64,000 bases of DNA from an uncultured Clostridia bacterium (lineage in GTDB: Bacteria > CAYTYR01 > UBA6262), in NCBI GenBank assembly GCA_964441745.1, contig CAYTYR010000001.1:194754-258753 (forward strand), written 5' to 3'. Below are positions 32,596 to 42,383 of the stretch, piece after piece (positions within the stretch are counted from its first letter, which is position 1; each line of letters opens with the position of its first letter). The translations under genes were made by a program, and so were the position numbers. A model generated the notes under the pieces. It was given only the letters and a program-made list of their open reading frames with translations. It had not been told where the DNA came from and did no database searches.

Positions 32596-34179
32596 ATGGA
32601 AAAAAGAGTTTTAATTGCCACTTTTTTATCAATGATGATCATATTTTTATTTTGGCAGTCATTTCAAAAGCCACCAGTGGCAAATAACCAGGCAACTCAG
32701 GCAAAGGTGATGGCCTCAGGGCCAGTAGCTGCCATTGCCACGCCAGAAATCTCCAATATGGCCCAGCCCGGTCCAACAGAATCCTTGGCCCAGGCAGAAC
32801 AACTGGTAAACATTGAGACGAGTACGTCTAAAATAAGTCTTGGTACCAGAGGTGGCGGTATTGTCGGATGGCAGATTAAAGATAAGAACGGCAAATGGGT
32901 AGATCTGGCTCCCAATTCTGCTAATAAACGACACCAGCTAAGCCTAGACACAAAACAAGCTCCCTATTTATCTGCCATACTATTTAATGCTGACAAAAAG
33001 GAAGTAATTTTAAAAGATTCTGAGCAAGCAACAGTTACTCTTATAGGCAAAACCCCGGAAGGATTAGAAGTTATCCGTAAATATATGTTTACTGGTGAAG
33101 GGTATCTGGTAAAAACCAGCGGTATATTTAAAAATGCAGCCAATACTCTAATAGCCGTGCCTGATTTTAACCTTTGGTGGGGCCCGGGATTAAATCCGCT
33201 GAATAATAAGGCAGAACAAAATACCGTAAATGCCTGGCTCGATGGTAAAATAGCAAGAAAGATTAAACCCGAAGGTAAAACAGGAGAAATACAGTGGGCC
33301 TCGCTGGACAGCCAATATTTTATTGTGGCGCTGCTCCCTGATCAGACCCCCTTCTCTGGCGTTACCAGTGCGAGAAATAACGAAAAAAAGGCTTCTGTCG
33401 GTTTAACGCAAAAAGAAACTCTTTTGTCACCAGGCGAAACCAGTCAATTCCAGCTTGCTGTTTATGCCGGGCCCAAAGAATACTACACCCTGAAAGCTCT
33501 GGGACCGAAACTTGAGGAAATGGTCGGGTTTGGGTCTTTAGGTAAATTTGTTTATGTAATATTAGAGTATATTAATAAAATAGTGCATAATTATGGCTGG
33601 GCGATCATTATCCTTACTTTGCTGATGCAGGTCATTCTCCTGCCCTTGACCCTGAAAAGTTACAAGTCTATGGCGGAGATGCAGAAACTGCAGCCTTTAA
33701 TGAAACAGTTGCAGGAAAAATATAAAAATGAACCGCAGCGGCTGAATGTAGAAGTGATGAATTTGTATAAAACCCACAAGGTTAATCCTTTTGGCGGGTG
33801 TCTCCCCATGCTGCTGCAGTTGCCGATCTTTTTTGCGCTTTTTAATACGATTAAAAACGCCGTAGAATTAAGAAACGCCCCTTTTATTTTCTGGATCAAG
33901 GACCTTTCATTACCAGACACTATTTTTACCCTTGGCGGTATTAATGTCAATATCCTTCCTCTACTCATGGGTCTAGGTATGTTTATACAGCAAAAAATGA
34001 CCTCTACCGATCCACAACAGGCAAAAATGATGATGTTTATGCCAGTGATCTTTACCGTGATGTTTTGGCGCTTTCCCAGTGGCTTAGTCTTGTATTGGTT
34101 TGTCAACAGCCTGGTGTCTATGGTCGGGCAGTATCTGGTTACGCATAAAAAATCGCCGAAGGTAGAAATAGTAAGTTAA
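32596..34179 (+). CDS. yidC: membrane protein insertase
   Basis: YAGPK, NYGWAII, NPFGGCLP, WIKDLS, PSGLVLYW. Confidence 0.96.
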   Translation: MEKRVLIATFLSMMIIFLFWQSFQKPPVANNQATQAKVMASGPVAAIATPEISNMAQPGPTESLAQAEQLVNIETSTSKISLGTRGGGIVGWQIKDKNGKWVDLAPNSANKRHQLSLDTKQAPYLSAILFNADKKEVILKDSEQATVTLIGKTPEGLEVIRKYMFTGEGYLVKTSGIFKNAANTLIAVPDFNLWWGPGLNPLNNKAEQNTVNAWLDGKIARKIKPEGKTGEIQWASLDSQYFIVALLPDQTPFSGVTSARNNEKKASVGLTQKETLLSPGETSQFQLAVYAGPKEYYTLKALGPKLEEMVGFGSLGKFVYVILEYINKIVHNYGWAIIILTLLMQVILLPLTLKSYKSMAEMQKLQPLMKQLQEKYKNEPQRLNVEVMNLYKTHKVNPFGGCLPMLLQLPIFFALFNTIKNAVELRNAPFIFWIKDLSLPDTIFTLGGINVNILPLLMGLGMFIQQKMTSTDPQQAKMMMFMPVIFTVMFWRFPSGLVLYWFVNSLVSMVGQYLVTHKKSPKVEIVS

Positions 34180-34214
34180 TTATCTTAAAGCAGCATCACA
34201 AGGAGTGTTTGTTT

Positions 34215-34886
34215 ATGAAAGAAATTGAAGTCGAAGGAAAAACCGTAGAAGAAGCTATCAGCAAGGCATTGGCAGACCTAAAAGTAAATCTTGAGCAAGT
34301 GGAGATTAAGATCGTCAATGAGGGCAAGGCCGGATTGTTCGGATTAATGGGCGCCACCCCTGCTCTGATTAAAGTCAGCTTAAAGGAAGATACAGGAAGG
34401 CCTAACGAAATTAGCAGCCAGGCTAAAAAGGTCATAGATACTATTTTAGCTAAGATGCAGGTAGATAGCGAAACTAAGATTGCGATGGAAGACAACAAAA
34501 TAATGGTCGATATTGACAGCCTTGACAGCGCTTTGCTGATCGGAAAAAAAGGCCAGACCCTGGAAGCCTTCCAATACATTGTTAATTTAATTATTAATAA
34601 GGAGATTAAAGCAGGCCAATATAAGGGCATAACCCTGGAAAACAAATACAAAATTATTATTGATACCGAAGGCTATCTGCTCCGTCGGGAAGAAGCCTTG
34701 GCGAAGATGGCAAAAAGCTTAGCCGAAAAAGTAAAACAATCAGGGCAGAAAACCACCCTGGAGCCAATGTCGGCCCACGATCGCCGGGTAATTCACCTGG
34801 CGTTACAAGAGATGGCTGGTATTAAGACGGAAAGCGAAGGCGAAGGATCTTTTAGAAGAGTAATAATATATCCGGCTGAGACTTAA
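34215..34886 (+). CDS. jag: Jag/EloR RNA-binding protein (KH plus R3H)
   Basis: GKTVEEAI, LIGKKGQTL, PMSAHDRRVIH. Confidence 0.93.
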   Translation: MKEIEVEGKTVEEAISKALADLKVNLEQVEIKIVNEGKAGLFGLMGATPALIKVSLKEDTGRPNEISSQAKKVIDTILAKMQVDSETKIAMEDNKIMVDIDSLDSALLIGKKGQTLEAFQYIVNLIINKEIKAGQYKGITLENKYKIIIDTEGYLLRREEALAKMAKSLAEKVKQSGQKTTLEPMSAHDRRVIHLALQEMAGIKTESEGEGSFRRVIIYPAET

Positions 34887-34916
34887 ACGAATAAATAATA
34901 ATATCTTCCCCCACGT

Positions 34917-34943
34917 CCCCTGCTCTGATGAGCAGGGGTTTTT
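34917..34943 (+). terminator. intrinsic terminator after jag
   Basis: CCCCTGCTC-TGAT-GAGCAGGGG-TTTTT. Confidence 0.85.
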
Positions 34944-34983
34944 CATTGCTTTTGGCCAGGGTTTGGTATAAGATAATAATATC

Positions 34984-36372
34984 ATGAAAGAAAAAACAAT
35001 AATCACAGATACGATCGCCGCTATAGCTACGGCTCCGGGCGAAGGTGGCTTGGCCGTAATCAGGATCAGCGGCAGCCAAGCGGCTAAAATATTAAGCAGA
35101 ATATTCAATTCCCAGCACGGTATTGATGTGGCCAAAATGACTACGCACCGGCTTTATTACGGAACTGTTGCCGCCGGGGCGGCCCAGGGGGAAGCCGTGC
35201 TGGTGACCATTATGCGCTCACCGCATTCTTATACGGGGGAACCCGTGGTGGAAATATTTGCCCATGGCGGGATCTTGATCGCCAAAAGTATTTTGCAAAG
35301 TATTGTCGGCAAAGAGGCCAGGCTGGCAGAGCCGGGAGAATTTACCAAGAGAGCTTTCTTGAACGGCAAGATGGATTTGAGTCAGGCTGAAGCTGTCGCT
35401 GATATCATAGCGGCAAAAACAGCAACAGCCCTTAAAATAGGATTAAACCAGCTGGAAGGGAAATTAGCCGGAGAAATAAAACTAATTAAGAAAAAAATCG
35501 TTAATATTATAGCGCTAATAGAAGCGGAGATAGACTATGCGGAAGAAGAGATTACACGCGTTGATACAGCTAAGCTAAGAATAGCAATTAATGACCACAA
35601 AAATAGTATAGACCGCCTTATGGCAACATATGAGCAGGGCAGAGTAATTAAAAACGGTGTGGCGATCGCTATTATTGGCCGGCCTAATGTCGGGAAATCC
35701 AGCCTCTTAAATTGTTTATTAAAAGAGGAAAGGGCGATTGTCACCGCAATCCCTGGCACGACGAGAGATGTGATCGAAGAGGTCATAAATATCCAAGGGA
35801 TTCCCGTGAGATTGATGGATACGGCCGGGGTCAGGAATTCGACAGGGGTTATTGAAAAAATAGGCCTGATCAAAACGACCAAAGCTATACAAAAAGCAGA
35901 TTTAATACTGTGGGTCATTGATGGTAGTAAGTATTTTGATATAAAAAACAGGGAGCCATTGAAGAAAATTAAGAATAAGCCAGTAATTATAGTGATTAAT
36001 AAAAAAGATTTGCAGCAGCGTATAGGCATTAAGGATCTAGAGCATATAAAAGATTATCCAATAGTGCATCTGAGCGCCAAAACAGGAAAGGGCTTAAAAG
36101 AACTGGAAAGAACTATTGCCCAAAAAGCATTACATAATAGTACAGGGCAATCGGAGCTACTCATTATCACCAATCAACGGCAATACGAGTGTTTAAATAG
36201 AGCCAGTAGCAGCCTAACCCAGGCTTTGGATTCGTTGGAGAAGCAATTAGGATTGGAATTTGTCGCTGTCGATTTAAGAAAAAGCTTAACCAGTATAGGG
36301 GAGCTGGTTGGAGAAGTGGTTAATGACGATATTTTGCAGGTAATATTCTCCAAATTTTGTGTAGGAAAGTAA
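34984..36372 (+). CDS. mnmE: tRNA modification GTPase
   Basis: DTIAAIAT, GRPNVGKSS, DTAG, NKKD, FCVGK. Confidence 0.97.
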   Translation: MKEKTIITDTIAAIATAPGEGGLAVIRISGSQAAKILSRIFNSQHGIDVAKMTTHRLYYGTVAAGAAQGEAVLVTIMRSPHSYTGEPVVEIFAHGGILIAKSILQSIVGKEARLAEPGEFTKRAFLNGKMDLSQAEAVADIIAAKTATALKIGLNQLEGKLAGEIKLIKKKIVNIIALIEAEIDYAEEEITRVDTAKLRIAINDHKNSIDRLMATYEQGRVIKNGVAIAIIGRPNVGKSSLLNCLLKEERAIVTAIPGTTRDVIEEVINIQGIPVRLMDTAGVRNSTGVIEKIGLIKTTKAIQKADLILWVIDGSKYFDIKNREPLKKIKNKPVIIVINKKDLQQRIGIKDLEHIKDYPIVHLSAKTGKGLKELERTIAQKALHNSTGQSELLIITNQRQYECLNRASSSLTQALDSLEKQLGLEFVAVDLRKSLTSIGELVGEVVNDDILQVIFSKFCVGK

Positions 36373-36396
36373 AAGTGACTAAAGAGGAGGAAGGGC

Positions 36397-37296
36397 ATGG
36401 CTAAAGTGAAAGTCGGCTTAGCTTTAGGTGGTGGCGGGGCTAGGGGATTAGCGCATTTAGGCGTATTACAAATAATGGAAGAAGAACATATCCCCATAGA
36501 TGTAATATCAGGGACAAGCATGGGAGCCATAATAGGGGCTTTATACGCTTATGAGCCTGATATTAAGGTATTACTATCAAAAGTCAGAAAATGTGTCGAA
36601 ACAGGGGCTTTCAGGGCTCTCATGGTAGATTTAAATAGAGAAAAAGATAGGGAAGGCCTACTATATAAATTCAGCGGGTTTATTAAGCGGGCATATTTAA
36701 GTACTATTATTAAGGCCAGATTGAGCGTAATTCCAAAAGACCGGATTGAGAACGTCATTGTTGAATTATTGCCAGATATAAATATTGAAGACCTAAAAAT
36801 ACCTTTTTGTGCAACTGCTACAAACTTATTTAAAGGCGAAGAAATTGTTATTACCAAAGGATCCCTGCGTAAAGCAGTATTGGCCAGCGCGAGCATCCCG
36901 GGGATTCTGCCTCCGGTAGAATGGAATGGCGATTTGTTGGCTGATGGCGGATCCGTAAGCGAGTGTCCCATTAATGGTTGCAAGCAGATCGGGGCAGATG
37001 TTGTTATAGCTATAAATGTAAAAAGCAGAAAAAGATATTTGGAGCGCCTGGATAATGGACTGGAAGTAATCTCCAGAGCCAATTACGTAACTGGGACCAA
37101 GTTAAATGAACTTAACCTGCTAAAGGCGGATATAGTAATAAGCCCGGCAGTTGGGAATATTCATTGGGCTCACTTTAAAAGGATCGACCATTGTCTAAAG
37201 CGTGGCGAAAGAGCTGTTTGGTCAAGATTGGAAGAAATTAGGGAAATAATCAAAAAAGCGAGAATTAAGAGATTCATTGGTCAAATCTTTCAATAA
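36397..37296 (+). CDS. patatin-like phospholipase
   Basis: GGGARG, GTSMG, DGG. Confidence 0.9.
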   Translation: MAKVKVGLALGGGGARGLAHLGVLQIMEEEHIPIDVISGTSMGAIIGALYAYEPDIKVLLSKVRKCVETGAFRALMVDLNREKDREGLLYKFSGFIKRAYLSTIIKARLSVIPKDRIENVIVELLPDINIEDLKIPFCATATNLFKGEEIVITKGSLRKAVLASASIPGILPPVEWNGDLLADGGSVSECPINGCKQIGADVVIAINVKSRKRYLERLDNGLEVISRANYVTGTKLNELNLLKADIVISPAVGNIHWAHFKRIDHCLKRGERAVWSRLEEIREIIKKARIKRFIGQIFQ

Positions 37297-37306
37297 GCAT
37301 GATAAA

Positions 37307-37363
37307 TGTTCCACGTGGAACATTTTTGGGGTAAAAGAGTGTTTTATTGTTTCACGTGAAACA
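37307..37363. promoter_or_regulatory. two parS sites
   Basis: TGTTCCACGTGGAACA 37307-37322 and TGTTTCACGTGAAACA 37348-37363. Confidence 0.93.
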
Positions 37364-37379
37364 TTTTAAGGAGATTTTA

Positions 37380-38108
37380 GTGGAAAATACAGAAAAATTG
37401 CTTGTAGAGGCAGCAAATTCGATAGGTATATGCTTGTCCAAAGAGCAAAAAGAAGCTTTTTTATTGTATCTAAGGATCTTACAAGATCAGAGTAAAATTA
37501 CTAATATAGTGGCCAATAGTGAAGCAGAAGAGATAATCCGGAGACATTTTATTGATTCTATAGCTATTCCTCCCATTCTTCACCGCCTTTTTACTGAACA
37601 AAAACAAATACGGCTGTTAGATATCGGAACTGGCGGGGGATTTCCTGGTGTTCCATTGAAGATAATGTATCCGGCAATAAACTTAAATCTAATAGAGGCC
37701 ACTAATAAAAAGGTTGATTTTGTAAAAGAGGTAATTCAAAAATTAGCACTGAGCACTGTTAGCATAGTTTGGGGTAGGGCTGAGGAATTTGGCCATGAAG
37801 GCCAATATAGAGGAAAGTATGATGTAGTTGTGGCTAGAGCTTTAGCAGAATTGAATGTTTTATTAGAATTGTCATTGCCCTTTATAAAAGAACAAGGGAT
37901 TTTTGTTGCTTATAAAGGACCAAAATACCAGGAAGAGATAGCCAGGGCAAAAAAGGCGCTGCTTGTGCTTGGAGGAGAAGTTCAGGATCTGATAGAAATG
38001 GATAGGGCTGGGAATAAACGCGCCTTTGTAATCATTCAGAAGGTCTCTGATACTCCGGCAAAATATCCTAGAAGGCCAGGAATTCCTCAAAAAAGGCCAA
38101 TTTTATAA
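37380..38108 (+). CDS. rsmG: 16S rRNA m7G527 methyltransferase
   Basis: HFIDS, DIGTGGGFPG, RAEE, ARA, YPRRPG. GTG start after AAGGAG. Confidence 0.95.
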   Translation: MENTEKLLVEAANSIGICLSKEQKEAFLLYLRILQDQSKITNIVANSEAEEIIRRHFIDSIAIPPILHRLFTEQKQIRLLDIGTGGGFPGVPLKIMYPAINLNLIEATNKKVDFVKEVIQKLALSTVSIVWGRAEEFGHEGQYRGKYDVVVARALAELNVLLELSLPFIKEQGIFVAYKGPKYQEEIARAKKALLVLGGEVQDLIEMDRAGNKRAFVIIQKVSDTPAKYPRRPGIPQKRPIL

Positions 38109-38124
38109 CAAAAATGACCAAAAT

Positions 38125-38207
38125 TGTTCCACGTGAAACATTTTAGGGCAAAACAATGGTTAATATTATTGTTCCACGTGAAACAATACAATGTTTCACG
38201 TGGCACA
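38125..38207. promoter_or_regulatory. three parS sites
   Basis: TGTTCCACGTGAAACA at 38125 and 38170, and TGTTTCACGTGGCACA at 38192. Confidence 0.9.
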
Positions 38208-38227
38208 ACTATAGGGGTGATTAATAA

Positions 38228-39166
38228 ATGAAGCTAAAAAAAGAGCGCATCCATATCCTAACCCTAATTATTTTGGCTGCTGTATTACTGAGTTATATAG
38301 GATATATCTTTTATTTGCATACGCGTATTAAAGTTTTACAAACTCAGAATGTAGAAGTTATGGATCAAATGAGAATGCTATATGAACTGCAAAAACATGT
38401 TGAATTCTACAATGAAGATTCGAACCAGGGAGGCGCTATACAGCCTGCTAATGGAGACTCGTATTGCTCCAAAGAAACAAAGAATTTTAAAATATATGCC
38501 CATACTGAGGAAGTATGCGCTGAGGTTGCTAATGGCATAGAAGACACATATCAAAAAATTATTGAGGATTTGCACTTTAAAATAAAGCCAGCAAAAAAAA
38601 TTAAAATATATATATTTAAAGACAATGAAGAATATCGCGATAAGATCCGGCAGCCAATGTGGTCTGTCGGCAGGGTTATTTATAATAAAAATAGTTTTTA
38701 TTCCTATGAAGGAGTTAACTTGTCCGGGCTTATCCCACACGAAATCACGCATCTTTTGTTATACAATTTTATGGAGCGGCAATATGAGCCAGTTAGTATG
38801 CGCTGGCTGTCAGAAGGATTGGCAACATATGAAGAAAGCAAAATTATCCGTAGTTCATTAATTAATAATCTATATGGTAAAATTGCACTGCTTAAACAAG
38901 GTCAGTATTTTTCTATGCCAGACCTAATATCAGCGGAGGTACTTAAAACACATGATAATAATCTGATTAATCTATGGTATGCCCAGTCTTTTAGTATGGT
39001 AGAGTTTATGATCACACAGTTAGGTAAGAAAGAATTCAATGCTTTTTGCTTGAATTTAAAAGAATACAATAATGTCGAAAAAGCTCTTATAAGTACCTAT
39101 GGTGATAAGTTTAAAACCCTTGATGATTTTCAAAGAAATTGGCTGGAATATATCCGATCTCTATAA
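38228..39166 (+). CDS. membrane-anchored gluzincin (peptidase MA-like) protein
   Basis: N-terminal TM helix, PHEITH...WLSEGLATY, YAQSFSMV. Confidence 0.8.
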   Translation: MKLKKERIHILTLIILAAVLLSYIGYIFYLHTRIKVLQTQNVEVMDQMRMLYELQKHVEFYNEDSNQGGAIQPANGDSYCSKETKNFKIYAHTEEVCAEVANGIEDTYQKIIEDLHFKIKPAKKIKIYIFKDNEEYRDKIRQPMWSVGRVIYNKNSFYSYEGVNLSGLIPHEITHLLLYNFMERQYEPVSMRWLSEGLATYEESKIIRSSLINNLYGKIALLKQGQYFSMPDLISAEVLKTHDNNLINLWYAQSFSMVEFMITQLGKKEFNAFCLNLKEYNNVEKALISTYGDKFKTLDDFQRNWLEYIRSL

Positions 39167-39229
39167 TTAATTTCAGTCCTTTTGTAGATTTTTCTTGCAT
39201 TATTTATTAATTTTTGTTACAATAAATAC

Positions 39230-40066
39230 ATGAGCAAAATAATTGCAGTAGCTAATCAAAAAGGCGGGGTAGGAAAAACGACAACCGCCATTAACCTTTC
39301 TGCCTATCTTGCCCAACAAGGCCAAGAGACGCTACTGATTGATATGGACCCGCAAGGCAATACAACCGCTGGCGTTGGTATCGGTAAGAGTGAATTGAAA
39401 AGCACTATCTATAATGTGCTCATGGAAGATGCAAGTATAGAAGAGTCGATCATGTCTACAGATGTAGACTGGTTAGATATAGTTCCTGCCAATATTCACC
39501 TGATCGGGGCCGAAATAGAACTTGTTAATGTGTTTGCCCGCGAAACCCGTCTCCAGAAAGCTCTGCACAAATTATCTAGTGTTTACAAATATGTAGTGAT
39601 CGATTGCCCTCCTTCTTTAGGACTGCTTACGGTTAACAGTCTTACTGCTGCAGATTCAGTTTTAATTCCCATGCAATGTGAATATTATGCCCTGGAAGGA
39701 TTAGGGCAATTATTGAACACTATTGAACTGATCAGGAAAAGCCTTAATCCCGGTCTGCGCGTAGAAGGGGTATTGTTAACTATGTTTGATTCAAGGGTTA
39801 ACTTATCTGGCCAGGTGGTCGATGAAGTGCGCAAACACCTCAAGAATAAAGTTTACTCGACGGTAATCCCCCGGTCTGTGCGTCTCTCCGAAGCCCCCAG
39901 CCATGGCAAACCAATCGTGATCTATGACTCTCATTCTAAAGGGGCGCTAGCCTATGCTGAGCTGGCCAAAGAAGTAATCAATCATACGCAAAAAGAAGAA
40001 ATCCAGGCAGAACCTCAAGCTGAGGTCCAGGCAGAACCTCAGGAAAGTATTGTAAGTAATAACTAA
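39230..40066 (+). CDS. parA: chromosome partitioning ATPase ParA/Soj
   Basis: NQKGGVGKTT, DCPPSLG, QCEYYALEG. Confidence 0.97.
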   Translation: MSKIIAVANQKGGVGKTTTAINLSAYLAQQGQETLLIDMDPQGNTTAGVGIGKSELKSTIYNVLMEDASIEESIMSTDVDWLDIVPANIHLIGAEIELVNVFARETRLQKALHKLSSVYKYVVIDCPPSLGLLTVNSLTAADSVLIPMQCEYYALEGLGQLLNTIELIRKSLNPGLRVEGVLLTMFDSRVNLSGQVVDEVRKHLKNKVYSTVIPRSVRLSEAPSHGKPIVIYDSHSKGALAYAELAKEVINHTQKEEIQAEPQAEVQAEPQESIVSNN

Positions 40067-40082
40067 TTGTGGAGGCCAAACA

Positions 40083-40934
40083 ATGCACAAAGCATTAGGT
40101 AAAGGACTGGAAGCATTAATCCCCGGCGTTACATTGACTGACGGGGATGTTTCCTTAGGCGAATCCATTACCCATGTGAGGCTGGACAATATTACGCCTA
40201 ATAAATATCAAGCGCGGCATTATTTTAACGAAGAAAAAATCAAGGAATTAGCCTCCTCTATTAAAAATAATGGGTTGGTCCATCCTTTGCTGGTACGCCG
40301 GCTGGATGGCGGCTACGAATTAATCGCCGGGGAGCGGCGTTGGCGGGCGGCTAAGGAAGCAGGACTGGATGTTGTCCCGGCAATTGTGAAAGAAGTAAAT
40401 GATATTGAAATGTTTGAATTGTCATTAGTAGAAAATATCCAACGTGAAAACCTGAATCCATTAGAGGAAGCAGAGGCGTATCGGCAATTAATGGATAATT
40501 TTAATCTAAACCAAGAACAGCTTTCCCAGAGAATTGGCAAAGACCGGTCTTCTGTGGCTAATATGCTGAGGTTGCTTAAACTGCCAGACGAAGTAAAAAC
40601 AGAGATATTAAACGGCAACCTGTCAGCTGGTCATGCCCGGGCGATCATGGGACTGGAAAGCCTGGAAGACCAGGAATCTCTAGCACAGCGTATCTCCGGA
40701 GAAAAATTAAGCGTCCGGGAAGCGGAAGAAGTAGTCAAGAAGCTAAGAAAAATATCCATCACCACGACTAAACCAAAAAATGTTCATGTTTTAGAAGCAG
40801 AAGAAGAACTGCAACGATCCTTAGGCGCGCATGTTAATATTAAATATCGTAAAGGCAAAGGAAAGATAGAGGTAAAATTCTATTCAGATACTGATTTAGA
40901 GAGAATCATGAACGTCATGAAAGGCATCCGGTAA
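40083..40934 (+). CDS. parB: chromosome partitioning protein ParB/Spo0J
   Basis: ALGKGL, IAGERRWRA, ENIQRENL, HTH. Confidence 0.97.
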   Translation: MHKALGKGLEALIPGVTLTDGDVSLGESITHVRLDNITPNKYQARHYFNEEKIKELASSIKNNGLVHPLLVRRLDGGYELIAGERRWRAAKEAGLDVVPAIVKEVNDIEMFELSLVENIQRENLNPLEEAEAYRQLMDNFNLNQEQLSQRIGKDRSSVANMLRLLKLPDEVKTEILNGNLSAGHARAIMGLESLEDQESLAQRISGEKLSVREAEEVVKKLRKISITTTKPKNVHVLEAEEELQRSLGAHVNIKYRKGKGKIEVKFYSDTDLERIMNVMKGIR

Positions 40935-40936
40935 GC

Positions 40937-40985
40937 AAAAGCGCTTATAACTATTAGCCATTTGCCATACGCTATAAGCGTTTTT
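40937..40985. terminator. probable bidirectional terminator
   Basis: AAAAGCGCTTATA...TATAAGCGTTTTT between convergent genes. Confidence 0.6.
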
Positions 40986-40987
40986 AG

Positions 40988-42235
40988 CTACGGTATTACC
41001 GTCATTATTTTCCTGGCTTGGTCCGGATATTTAGCGATAAAGAGCAACTCGTCATTAGTTAATGGTTTCTGGGTGTGTACATTTGCATACCGGGTTAGTT
41101 CTAAAACCTTAGCCGCTTCCTTGTCATTTTTAAATTGAACCTCCAGCTTACCATAGACATTACGGAATCCTTTAATACCGCTATATTCGCCGGCGATGAT
41201 CTGGCGCCCTGTTTCAATAATTTCCGGCTCGCCCCGCCCTAACACCTCGAAATCATACAACTCGTAGTTTCTGCGATCTTTTAGAGCGCCGTCAGCATGA
41301 ATACCAGATTCATGGGCAAAAGCATTAGCTCCTACTCCAGGCTGGTTGATGGGAATGGGCACATCAAAAGCGTACGACATGTATTTAGCCAGCTTCCAGG
41401 CCTTAGACAGGTCGATCCGGTCATCGATTGGGTACTGGCCGCCGAAAGTACTGGAATATTTAATGGCCAGGATCACTGAGACAAGGTCAGCATTTCCGGC
41501 TCGTTCTCCCATTCCGTTTACCGTGGTATTAATAAAGGCATTTACTCCGGAATCAATTGCGGCTTTGGCCCCGGCCACAGAAGTGCCGACAACCATCCCT
41601 AAATCATTATGACAGTGCAGCTCTATATCTATTTTTACTACTTGCGCCAGTTTCCTGATCCGCTCATAAATGGAGAAAGAATCATCATAGCCCAGGGTAT
41701 CGCAATAGCGGATGCGGTCTGCGCCCGCATTCTTCGCGGCAGTTGCAAACTCTATTAAATACTCCATCCTGGTCCGGGAAGCGTCTTCCGCGTTTACGCC
41801 AATAGCTTCTGCCCCTAATTTTTTAGCGAGTTTCACCCCGGCTACCATTTCCTTAATAACGCCTTTATGATCGAGTTTCCCCTTGAATTTGTTGACGATC
41901 ATCTGATCGCTGGTAGAAATAGACATATTAAGATATTTTAGTTTTGGTACCTTGGCAAAAGCAGTTTCTACATCTTCAGGAGTAGCTCTGATCCAGCCGC
42001 TCAAACGAATGGGGGATAGGACCCCTTTAGCTGCCAGGTCCAGATTGGCATTCAGGTAATTAGTCTCGTGGCGAGTGACTGGGAAGCCAAACTCTGACTG
42101 AAAAATCCCCATGTCATTAAGCATTAGGTTCAGCATTGTTTTTTGCAGTTTAGATAAGCCTAGCCGTGCTGTTTGTACGCCATCCCGGTTGGTCACATCG
42201 ATAAAATAAATTTTATTCTGGTTTTTCTTTGCCAT
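40988..42235 (-). CDS. homocitrate synthase / LeuA-family (DRE-TIM) enzyme
   Basis: DVTNRDGVQ, HCHNDLG, GMGERAGN, AHESGIHADG. Start ATG 42235 after AGAGGAG. Confidence 0.85.
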   Translation of the reverse strand: MAKKNQNKIYFIDVTNRDGVQTARLGLSKLQKTMLNLMLNDMGIFQSEFGFPVTRHETNYLNANLDLAAKGVLSPIRLSGWIRATPEDVETAFAKVPKLKYLNMSISTSDQMIVNKFKGKLDHKGVIKEMVAGVKLAKKLGAEAIGVNAEDASRTRMEYLIEFATAAKNAGADRIRYCDTLGYDDSFSIYERIRKLAQVVKIDIELHCHNDLGMVVGTSVAGAKAAIDSGVNAFINTTVNGMGERAGNADLVSVILAIKYSSTFGGQYPIDDRIDLSKAWKLAKYMSYAFDVPIPINQPGVGANAFAHESGIHADGALKDRRNYELYDFEVLGRGEPEIIETGRQIIAGEYSGIKGFRNVYGKLEVQFKNDKEAAKVLELTRYANVHTQKPLTNDELLFIAKYPDQARKIMTVIP

Positions 42236-42265
42236 AGGTTCTCCTCTTTTAAGTACAGGTTTCTT

Positions 42266-42361
42266 GGTGTAAGTTTTAGAAGTAAGTTTGGTCTGAAGTC
42301 TAAGGTTGTTAGGCTCTAAACCAAAGACTTTAGCCCTACTTCCATACCTACCTCTACAACC
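42266..42361 (-). repeat. ~96-bp intergenic hairpin repeat, copy 1
   Basis: Shares a 24-nt identical block (GAAGTAAGTTTGGTCTGAAGTCTA) and TACTTCCATACCTAC with the reverse complement of 49086-49181. Confidence 0.8.
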
Positions 42362-42383
42362 TTCACCATATAACCACTGGTTT

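Noticed and set aside
37347-37379. RsmG start MFHVKH
   Set aside because: It is the translation of a parS palindrome; the SD supports GTG 37380.
40002-40041. 24-bp-period duplication in the parA tail (QAEPQ twice)
   Set aside because: An in-frame low-complexity tail with no evidence of function.
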